35,944 nucleotides of DNA from a virus (Duplodnaviria; Caudoviricetes): the IMG/VR virus record IMGVR_UViG_3300020044_000715, positions 1-35,944 of that record; one strand, 5' to 3'. Position numbers and translations under genes: made by a program. Each line of letters opens with the position of its first letter. The first letter of the stretch is position 1. The notes under the pieces were generated by a model, which saw only the letters and a program-made list of their open reading frames with translations, did no database searches and was not told the origin of the DNA. Shown piece after piece: positions 28,080 through 34,630 of the stretch.

Positions 28080-28207
28080 TTCCACTCCTTAATGATGACA
28101 AAAATTAAGGGAGATGCAAAGATAAAACCAGCCACAAGTGCAAGCAAATATTCATATGCGGCGTTACTGCGCTTTTCCATTTTTATTCGATAGTGTTCGC
28201 GGTACAT
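28076..28207 (-). CDS. Small membrane peptide (43 aa, MYREHYRIK...)
   Basis: Own translation; AAGGA SD. Confidence 0.65.
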   Translation of the reverse strand: MYREHYRIKMEKRSNAAYEYLLALVAGFIFASPLIFVIIKEWK

Positions 28208-28219
28208 TTTCAATCCTTT

Positions 28220-28456
28220 TTAACTATAAATAAATTCATCAGTTGATTGTGTTTCTGCCCATTTGTTAACAGCTACTGCCAACGCTTCACCTAATGATTG
28301 GTCAAGCGCATGGCGTATGCGTGTGGAACTTAGATAGTCCAATATTTGTTGGTCTGTTAAGCCCTTGGCTTCAAGCGAATCAGCCAGCGCACGATTGACA
28401 ATATAAGAAATGCTTTTAAAACTTACATTGCCCTCAACTTTTGCATAAATTTCCAT
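28220..28456 (-). CDS. Hypothetical protein
   Basis: AAGGA SD downstream of internal promoter. Confidence 0.75.
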   Translation of the reverse strand: MEIYAKVEGNVSFKSISYIVNRALADSLEAKGLTDQQILDYLSSTRIRHALDQSLGEALAVAVNKWAETQSTDEFIYS

Positions 28457-28484
28457 TTTTAATTCCTTTTAATTTGATTGATTA

Positions 28485-28540
28485 GCATCGGTTGATTAAG
28501 CCGATGCGTGCATCTTAACACAAAAACTTAACACGTCAGG
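28485..28540 (-). promoter_or_regulatory. Internal early promoter/operator with 5' hairpin
   Basis: TGTTAAG-N6-TGTTAAGAT (extended -10 TGnTAAGAT), then GCATCGG/CCGATGC hairpin; near copy of 30475-30521. Confidence 0.65.
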
Positions 28541-29507
28541 CAAGTAACAATTCTTCAGCTTGTGACTTCATGCGGTTGCCATTGCCAAACCAAGCATTGT
28601 TCATGCGGGTATCTACATTGTGTCCACGTTCATGGTCAACATACTGCGTTACAGCGTTCAGCAAGCCCCATTTAGTGCCGTAAACGCCGTAATTGTTAGC
28701 ACCCATACCAGCACCATCAAACAGTTCTAAAACACGCTTAAAACCGCGGGATTCTTTGAACGTGTTTGTCTGTGGGTTGTACGAGGCAGGAAACAATTCA
28801 TTGCTGAAAGTACGAGCATATTCGCTTGATACGCCTTGTCTTGCCAACTTTCGGTATTTGTCCATCATGCCATCAAAGCCGCCAACAATAAGACCCAATC
28901 GGTCACGCATTAACGATTGGTCAAACTCTGCGCCATGAGTTAACACAACGCGACTGGGTGCGGCTTCTTGGTCAGCCATTGACAAAGTGTTATTGCACAC
29001 AACGCGAATGCTGGTGAACTGTCCAATCGTTGCCGCTGTGCCATCAAACGATGTGCTTAACAGCAAGTAGCCGCGCACGGCATCGTCTTGCAAAACGACT
29101 GATTCTTTGTTGACGTTGGCTAATGCCCAAATGCGCTTTCCGCCCTTGATAGCACCAGCAACTTCTAAAGTGAATCCTGCTGACTGAACAAGCGTATTGA
29201 AGAACTCCAACACTTCTGCTGGCTGATGCACTTTGTAGCGGTCAGTCACAACACCCAAAGGGGCAAAAGTATCATCACGATAAATTACTTTTTGATTCTC
29301 AACAGTTAACAAATCACCATCAGCACCATGAGGTTCAAAGCGAACTGGTGCAAGATGAGCAGACCAATCTAGCCCTGCTTCTTTGCGCCATACATCTATG
29401 GGTGCATTTTGCGTTAACTGCTGACCAAGACCATGCCAAGGCGTTGCGTTTGCATAGGCAATTTCTGCTTTGCCTGTGATTGCGTTGTTTTCGATTAAGT
29501 GAGCCAT
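28536..29507 (-). CDS. DUF932-family phage/plasmid-like protein
   Basis: TPWHGLG, AGLDW, GGKRIWALA, YLLLSTSFDG, IRVVCNNTL, WGLLNAVT. Confidence 0.9.
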   Translation of the reverse strand: MAHLIENNAITGKAEIAYANATPWHGLGQQLTQNAPIDVWRKEAGLDWSAHLAPVRFEPHGADGDLLTVENQKVIYRDDTFAPLGVVTDRYKVHQPAEVLEFFNTLVQSAGFTLEVAGAIKGGKRIWALANVNKESVVLQDDAVRGYLLLSTSFDGTAATIGQFTSIRVVCNNTLSMADQEAAPSRVVLTHGAEFDQSLMRDRLGLIVGGFDGMMDKYRKLARQGVSSEYARTFSNELFPASYNPQTNTFKESRGFKRVLELFDGAGMGANNYGVYGTKWGLLNAVTQYVDHERGHNVDTRMNNAWFGNGNRMKSQAEELLLA

Positions 29508-29534
29508 TTTTAATTTCCTTTGATTGTTAAGTTT

Positions 29535-29586
29535 ACACAAGACTGCTTCACAGCAGTTTCGCCGATTAACGGCTCATCAGTTGTGT
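29535..29586 (-). ncRNA. Type I hammerhead ribozyme
   Basis: ACACAA CUGAUGA GCCG-uuaau-CGGC GAAA CUGCU-guga-AGCAG UC^UUGUGU. Confidence 0.95.
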
Positions 29587-29771
29587 TCAGCAATTTGTTT
29601 TGTTTTGCGTAACATGGACACATCAATCCAGCCAGCACTTACAGCACCCATTTTGGTTTCATAAATCAAATGCACTTGAAAACCATCAATGCAATCAATT
29701 TCATAAATCATGGCATCAGGCACATCGTTAACGCAAACAAGCATACCAAGTTGTATTTCATCTTTTTTCAT
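29577..29771 (-). CDS. Hypothetical 64-aa early protein (MKKDEIQLG...)
   Basis: AAGGA SD; stop codon lies in the hammerhead core. Confidence 0.75.
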   Translation of the reverse strand: MKKDEIQLGMLVCVNDVPDAMIYEIDCIDGFQVHLIYETKMGAVSAGWIDVSMLRKTKQIAEHN

Positions 29772-29796
29772 TTTCAATCCTTTTAAATTTAAATTT

Positions 29797-29848
29797 ACAC
29801 AAGACCCATTCACATGGGTTTCGGCGCATCACGCCTCATCAGTTGTGT
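29797..29848 (-). ncRNA. Type I hammerhead ribozyme
   Basis: ACACAA CUGAUGA GGCG-ugaug-CGCC GAAA CCCAU-guga-AUGGG UC^UUGUGU. Confidence 0.95.
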
Positions 29849-30066
29849 TAAGAAACAAAGTTTTCGCCAGCATAAATGCGGTCTTCTTCTTTTACAGCTT
29901 GCGTAAACATTGCATCCAAAATTGGCAAAGTTTTTTCAAGATTGGAAATGTTTGACAACAAAACTTGTGATTCACCACGACCTTTTAATTTGTTGTATTT
30001 GTTTTCCAATTCAGCTTTGACGCAATCACGAATGTCAAGAATTTGGATGGGGTTAAGTTTTTGCAT
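29848..30066 (-). CDS. Hypothetical 72-aa early protein
   Basis: AAGGA SD; lies between two hammerheads. Confidence 0.75.
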   Translation of the reverse strand: MQKLNPIQILDIRDCVKAELENKYNKLKGRGESQVLLSNISNLEKTLPILDAMFTQAVKEEDRIYAGENFVS

Positions 30067-30088
30067 TTTCTATCCTTTTTAATTTGTT

Positions 30089-30140
30089 GAACAAGACCCG
30101 CTTGCGCGGGTTTCGGCTAATAAAGCCTCATCAGTTGTTC
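30089..30140 (-). ncRNA. Type I hammerhead ribozyme
   Basis: GAACAA CUGAUGA GGCU-uuauu-AGCC GAAA CCCGC-gcaa-GCGGG UC^UUGUUC. Confidence 0.95.
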
Positions 30141-30445
30141 TGTGGGATTAACGCACCTGCATCGCTGTAATCACCATTGATTTTTACTGTATGGGGCTTG
30201 CCCTCAAACATAACAACATCGCCATTGGCAATTGGTGTCATTGAGTTAAGGCGGTTGCGGTTTGCAATTTGTTCTTCAGAATAAATGTTTTGCAACATTG
30301 CGCTTTTTTGCATCAAATAAATTTTGTCTGTATCTTTAAAAATGTAGCCAGTACGAGTAGATGAGCGACCCTTGTAATCTTTCAAAACAAAAGTAAATTG
30401 TGCTTCGTAGTGAAATGTGTCTTGTGATTCGATAAGTGTTTGCAT
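30131..30445 (-). CDS. Hypothetical 104-aa protein, first early gene
   Basis: AAGGA SD; stop codon lies in the hammerhead core. Confidence 0.8.
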   Translation of the reverse strand: MQTLIESQDTFHYEAQFTFVLKDYKGRSSTRTGYIFKDTDKIYLMQKSAMLQNIYSEEQIANRNRLNSMTPIANGDVVMFEGKPHTVKINGDYSDAGALIPQNN

Positions 30446-30474
30446 TTTTGATTCCTTTTGATTGGTTAATTTGT

Positions 30475-30530
30475 ATCAACTGTTTTTGTTGATGAACGAA
30501 TCTTAACATCAAAACTTAACAAATTTTCAC
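30475..30530 (-). promoter_or_regulatory. Leftward early promoter/operator with 5' hairpin
   Basis: TGTTAAG-N6-TGTTAAGAT, then ATCAAC/GTTGAT hairpin at the predicted +1 (~30493). Confidence 0.65.
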
Positions 30531-30612
30531 GCTTATAAAAAATTATTTTTATTAATACTTAACATTTAATGTGTTAACTTTTCTGCAAATGGTTGTTTTA
30601 AGAAGTTAACAC

Positions 30613-30648
30613 TCGACAAAATGTTAACTGCTTGGTATGATGTTAACC
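30613..30648 (+). promoter_or_regulatory. Sigma70 rightward promoter overlapped by TGTTAAC sites
   Basis: TCGACA-N17-TATGAT, 7 nt before ATG 30649. Confidence 0.75.
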
Positions 30649-30858
30649 ATGAAAACACAAACCGCCATCACATTAGCTGGCAGTCGCGCAAAACTAGCAC
30701 GATTGCTTGGTGTCTCTCGCCCTGCTGTTACGCAGTACAAAGAAGTGTTGCCGCCCAAGCGCATTGCGCGTTTGCGTGAACTGCATCCCGAATGGTTTAC
30801 AGACGCACCGCCAACAGAAGAAATTAACTTGCAACCAGCAGAGTTGCACCCTGTTTGA
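30649..30858 (+). CDS. Cro-like HTH regulator (probably leaderless)
   Basis: AGSRAKLARLLGVSRPAVTQY helix-turn-helix. Confidence 0.88.
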   Translation: MKTQTAITLAGSRAKLARLLGVSRPAVTQYKEVLPPKRIARLRELHPEWFTDAPPTEEINLQPAELHPV

Positions 30859-30873
30859 AAATGTGTTTATAAT
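30844..30873 (+). promoter_or_regulatory. Sigma70 promoter for the structured RNA
   Basis: TTGCAC-N18-TATAAT. Confidence 0.6.
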
Positions 30874-30878
30874 TCCAG

Positions 30879-31040
30879 CGTCTTGAGTGGCATCAAGGCG
30901 TTGAAAGTTGTTTTATGTATAGCCCCGCAGGTTACTGTGTGGTCTTGTCGTATAGCAAGCGAGTCTTTTGACAACTTTCAATCGCCTTGCTGTTGCTCTC
31001 GCCAAGAGCCAAGACCACAGAGCATCTTGCGGGGTTTTTT
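30879..31040 (+). ncRNA. C4/CI-like antisense RNA with upstream target hairpin, ending in a U tract
   Basis: Long closing stem (30923-47 / 31010-34) with two inner arms; bulge AACUUUCAA and loop CGCCA are complementary to upstream UUGAAAGUU and loop GUGGCA. Confidence 0.7.
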
Positions 31041-31252
31041 CTTTTGGCAGACCGTCAGGGCGCGTAAGCAAATGGTCTGCATGGACTGAACCCGATAAAC
31101 ACCGCACACAGATACACCCCTGTGAAAAATGTGAACAGCGTTGGTTAAGCGACTGTTAAAGCACAAAGTAACTCAGGTGGAAAACTAGGCTTTGTGTATA
31201 AGTGAATTGACCCGTCAAGCGCACTTGGTCTTTGTGATTGAAAGAATTGAAA

Positions 31253-31354
31253 ATGAACAATGAAGATAAATTAAACAAAGTAAACAGAGATGGAGAAGGT
31301 AGGATACTGCTGGTATCCACCCTAGCTAAACCTATGGAGATTCAATATGTTTGA
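31253..31354 (+). CDS. Possible 33-aa leader ORF overlapping the replication gene start
   Basis: Own translation MNNEDKLNKVNRDGEGRILLVSTLAKPMEIQYV. Confidence 0.35.
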   Translation: MNNEDKLNKVNRDGEGRILLVSTLAKPMEIQYV

Positions 31355-31709
31355 AAGTGGATTTGAAAGATTTTGGAAAGCGTACCCAGCAACACCGCGC
31401 AAAGGTGCAAAGAAGCAATGCGAAGAAAAATGGGCAAAGTTTCTTTGTGAACATTCTGCCGACCAAATTATTAAGCACGTTGTTTGGATGAAGACAACAG
31501 AGCAATGGCTAAAGGGCAATGGCGCATTTATTCCAGCCCCTTTGGTCTATCTCAATCAACAGCGTTGGGATGGCGCAGAAGTACCCGATTTGCCAACAAA
31601 AACAGAAGTTGACCCCTACCTATTGCAATTGGAAAAAGACCGCCAAAGAGCCGTTCCCATGCCAGCAGAAATGCGAGCCAAGTTTGCCGCATTGAAAGGG
31701 CAACAATGA
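31347..31709 (+). CDS. Replication-initiator-like protein (C-terminal domain type)
   Basis: FERFWKAYP..RK, FIPAPLVYLNQQRW; GGAG SD. Confidence 0.7.
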   Translation: MFESGFERFWKAYPATPRKGAKKQCEEKWAKFLCEHSADQIIKHVVWMKTTEQWLKGNGAFIPAPLVYLNQQRWDGAEVPDLPTKTEVDPYLLQLEKDRQRAVPMPAEMRAKFAALKGQQ

Positions 31710-31891
31710 CAATAGAAGAAGCCAATAAACTTTTGGATGCCGTAAAAGATGGACAAAACACAAGACCAAGCGCAATTGCCGAAGCACTTTTCACCACAGG
31801 AGATTTACAAGAAATCACTCCAACATTTGATTTGGATGGCTGGCTTGAAAGGCGCAAAACAATATGCTTGGCGCGAAGCACAACGACTTGA
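31706..31891 (+). CDS. Hypothetical protein
   Basis: ATGA coupling to the upstream gene. Confidence 0.55.
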   Translation: MTIEEANKLLDAVKDGQNTRPSAIAEALFTTGDLQEITPTFDLDGWLERRKTICLARSTTT

Positions 31892-31970
31892 TGCAGACCC
31901 AAGCAAATTGTGGCGAGGCATCGCTGATGACTTAACAAAGGCAATGAATGAGAACAGCGGCAAAAGTTGA
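31749..31970 (+). CDS. Hypothetical protein overlapping the previous ORF
   Basis: ORF bridges to the nuclease gene. Confidence 0.5.
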   Translation: MDKTQDQAQLPKHFSPQEIYKKSLQHLIWMAGLKGAKQYAWREAQRLDADPSKLWRGIADDLTKAMNENSGKS

Positions 31971-32235
31971 CCGAAACCAAAGTGAAGTTGTAGCGGCTTT
32001 ACGCAAGGTGGGTGCAAGCGTTCAATCGTTGGCAAGCATAGGCAAGGGCTGTCCTGATTTGCTTGTGGGTTATCACGGCATTTTGTATTTGATGGAAGTA
32101 AAAGATGGTACAAAAATACCTAGTCAGCAATTGTTAACTGATGACCAAAAAAAATGGCATGACGCATGGAATGGTTCACCAGTTCATGTAGTACGTTCAA
32201 TTGAGCAAGCATTAAAAATTTTAGGAGAACGATAA
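31948..32235 (+). CDS. VRR-NUC / PD-(D/E)xK nuclease (resolvase-like)
   Basis: GCPDLLVG, LMEVK, LTDDQKKW. Confidence 0.88.
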   Translation: MRTAAKVDRNQSEVVAALRKVGASVQSLASIGKGCPDLLVGYHGILYLMEVKDGTKIPSQQLLTDDQKKWHDAWNGSPVHVVRSIEQALKILGER

Positions 32236-32568
32236 ATGAATGCACCCCATCAAGCTGTTGATTTCATCATCAAGAATGCGCCAGCATTTGCAAAAGCAAA
32301 AAGCAAACGTGTATATCTTGAAGAATTTAGAAAAAGCAAAAAAGCATTGTTAATGAAAGACGCATTGCTTAAAGGCATTGAAGCGGCAAACGCACAAGAA
32401 CGAGAAGCATATTCGCATCCCGAATATTTGGAACTGCTTGAAGGTTTGGCGGCGGCTATTGAAGTTGAAGAAACTTTGAAATGGCATTTGGAAGCGGCAA
32501 GAATGCGAACAGACATTTGGCGCACAGAGCAAGCCAACGCACGAATGGAAGGTAGAGCAACTGAATGA
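32236..32568 (+). CDS. Helical phage hypothetical protein
   Basis: AGGAG SD; AQEREAYSHPEY motif. Confidence 0.8.
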   Translation: MNAPHQAVDFIIKNAPAFAKAKSKRVYLEEFRKSKKALLMKDALLKGIEAANAQEREAYSHPEYLELLEGLAAAIEVEETLKWHLEAARMRTDIWRTEQANARMEGRATE

Positions 32569-32933
32569 AATTAATGCGAAGCCAACAGGCTAGACACATT
32601 GATTTTGGGGAATTTTTTGGATTGATACCCGAAAGCCCTGCATCCTGTCCATCTGACATTGATATGGCATGGGAAAGAAATGGAAAATTTTTAATTGGAG
32701 AATGGAAGCGACCTAATGAAAAGTTAAGCATGGGGCAAAAAATTATGCTTAAAGCACAAGCAAGATTAAACAATCATGTTATTTTGTTAATCATTGGCGA
32801 CACGGATGATGAAATGATTGTTGAGCAATTTGGGCGCATCATGCCTAATGGTGAGTACGAAAAGCGCGGCGACAGTACAAAAGAACTGAAAGAATTTATG
32901 AAAAGATGGTGGTATTGGGCGGGTAACAAATGA
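32565..32933 (+). CDS. Hypothetical protein, possible PD-(D/E)xK fold
   Basis: SDID...IGEWK...GQ motif. Confidence 0.65.
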   Translation: MKLMRSQQARHIDFGEFFGLIPESPASCPSDIDMAWERNGKFLIGEWKRPNEKLSMGQKIMLKAQARLNNHVILLIIGDTDDEMIVEQFGRIMPNGEYEKRGDSTKELKEFMKRWWYWAGNK

Positions 32934-33202
32934 ACTGTCCAGCTTGCGGGTGCAAAACATTGGTGCGGCAAACAATGAAAGGCGGCATTCAATACAGAGA
33001 TTGTGATGGCGGTCATTCATTTAAAACGCAATCGGTTGTTGTTAAGACAATCACATTGTTAACAGAACCAAAATTAAAAAAGGCGCGAAATGGCAAGTTA
33101 CCCAAAGACAAAATATTGGCGAAGCAAGAAACACCTACAAAACGTGGCATCTTTAGCTTGTCAAAATTGTGGCTTAGAGGGTCAGACACAAGCGGCGCAT
33201 AG
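32930..33202 (+). CDS. Zinc-ribbon protein
   Basis: CPACG...C...H.F.T. Confidence 0.6.
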   Translation: MNCPACGCKTLVRQTMKGGIQYRDCDGGHSFKTQSVVVKTITLLTEPKLKKARNGKLPKDKILAKQETPTKRGIFSLSKLWLRGSDTSGA

Positions 33203-33422
33203 CAACCTATCAGTTCATGGTAAAGGACGCGGCATTAAGGCTTCTGATGAGTTTACGGCGGCATTGTGCTTTGCTTGTCATCACGACTTGGATGCTGGAC
33301 ACACGTTAACAAAAGAGCAAAAGCAAAAAATGTTTTTGGATGCACTTCACAGCACATGGTTTGAACTTATGAAACGCGACTTAGTTGTTCTTGACGCACC
33401 CATAACGCTGATGGATAATTAA
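33090..33422 (+). CDS. Zn-binding HNH-like protein (DUF968-like)
   Basis: CQNCG, AAHSN, GRGIKASD, LCFACH. Confidence 0.8.
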   Translation: MASYPKTKYWRSKKHLQNVASLACQNCGLEGQTQAAHSNLSVHGKGRGIKASDEFTAALCFACHHDLDAGHTLTKEQKQKMFLDALHSTWFELMKRDLVVLDAPITLMDN

Positions 33423-33437
33423 CAAAAGGGGATTCCA

Positions 33438-33842
33438 ATGGTTAAATTCACCGCAAGCATTGAGGCAAAACAAGCAGACCCAGTAATGGACTTCACAATG
33501 TGTTTGCTTAACAGCGTAACTACTGGACACATTTTGCATTTGCAAAGCCGCAGTTACAGTCAGCACATGGCGCTTGGTGCGTTCTACAATGGCATTGGCG
33601 ACCTTGTAGACGCATTTGTTGAAGCATTTCAAGGCAAGTATGGCTTGCTTACAAAATATCCTGCTACGGCTGTTTTAATGACTGATATTGAGCCAATTAA
33701 TTACTTAACATATTTAAGAGATGAAGTTGCAACTTTACGCAGAGCAAACGGCTTTCCACAAGACAGCGAATTGCAAAACGAAGTTGACAACATAGCCAAT
33801 TTAATTAATAGCACACTTTACAAGTTGAGGTTTTTAGCTTAA
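33438..33842 (+). CDS. Ferritin/Dps-like phage protein (DUF5856-like)
   Basis: HILHLQSRSYSQHMAL..FY...D.FVE..QG; TLYKL. Confidence 0.8.
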   Translation: MVKFTASIEAKQADPVMDFTMCLLNSVTTGHILHLQSRSYSQHMALGAFYNGIGDLVDAFVEAFQGKYGLLTKYPATAVLMTDIEPINYLTYLRDEVATLRRANGFPQDSELQNEVDNIANLINSTLYKLRFLA

Positions 33843-33856
33843 CAAAAGGACATGAC

Positions 33857-34630
33857 ATGACAGCACAGCTAAAGATTATTTACAAGAAAACCGAAGACTT
33901 GATTCCTTATGCAAGGAACAGCCGCACACACGATGAAAGCCAAGTCGCGCAAATAGCGGCAAGCATAAAAGAATTTGGTTGGACAAATCCAATACTGCTT
34001 GATGGTGAAAACGGCATTATTGCTGGTCATGGCAGAGTTATGGCGGCTCAGAAATTAGGCGAAACCAAAGTGCCAACCATTGAATTGGCACACATGACAG
34101 ACATTCAAAAACGTGCCTACATCATTGCCGACAATCAAATTGCTATAAATGCTGGTTGGAATAAAGAATTATTAGGCTTGGAAATTGAAGAATTAAAAGA
34201 AGAAGGCTTTAATATTGATTTATTAGCTTTTGATAGTAAATTTTTAATTGATGTATATGATGAAACATCATACGATGAAGACGATAAATACACTCAAAAA
34301 ACAGATATACCTCTTTACGAGCCATCTGATGTTAAGCCAAGCCTTAAATTTCTTTACGACAAAACAAAGTTAACACAACTGATAGGCAGAATAAAAGACA
34401 GCAAATTACCCAAAGAAGAAAAAGATTTTTTGTTACTGGCGGCTGGTCGCCATCTTGTTCTTAACTTTGAATTCATTGCTGACTACTACGCACATTCAGA
34501 TAAAGAAATGCAAGAGTTAATGGAAGAATCAGCATTGGTTATTGTTGACATTAACAAAGCAATCACAAATGGATGGGTCAATTTATCCAAAGAGTTAAGC
34601 GACATATACACAGCGGATGTTGCAGAATGA
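33857..34630 (+). CDS. ParB/Srx-domain protein with C-terminal domain linked to TAGT loci
   Basis: PYARNSRTH, SIKEFGW, IIAGHGR, IADN; C-terminal IADYYAH. Confidence 0.88.
   Translation: MTAQLKIIYKKTEDLIPYARNSRTHDESQVAQIAASIKEFGWTNPILLDGENGIIAGHGRVMAAQKLGETKVPTIELAHMTDIQKRAYIIADNQIAINAGWNKELLGLEIEELKEEGFNIDLLAFDSKFLIDVYDETSYDEDDKYTQKTDIPLYEPSDVKPSLKFLYDKTKLTQLIGRIKDSKLPKEEKDFLLLAAGRHLVLNFEFIADYYAHSDKEMQELMEESALVIVDINKAITNGWVNLSKELSDIYTADVAE

Noticed and set aside
28225-28250. Minus-strand CAACUGAUGA near the end of ORF 28220-28456, resembling a fourth hammerhead
   Set aside because: No stem II, no GAAAC and no stem III/GUC follow; at most a relic
29535-30140. Three spaced repeats read as a CRISPR array, integron attC sites or terminators
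   Set aside because: Spacers are whole ORFs, repeats vary by covariation, and there is no cas gene, integrase or U tract; the hammerhead consensus explains every conserved base
30923-31034. Possible tRNA
   Set aside because: No TTC-containing T loop, D loop or 7-nt anticodon loop; it is a three-way junction instead
30883-31166. Short ORFs on both strands across the structured region
   Set aside because: No SD, weak starts and unusual composition; extensive base pairing explains the region better
33244-33275. Plus-strand CTGATGAG
   Set aside because: Inside coding sequence (SDE), with no downstream GAAA or stems
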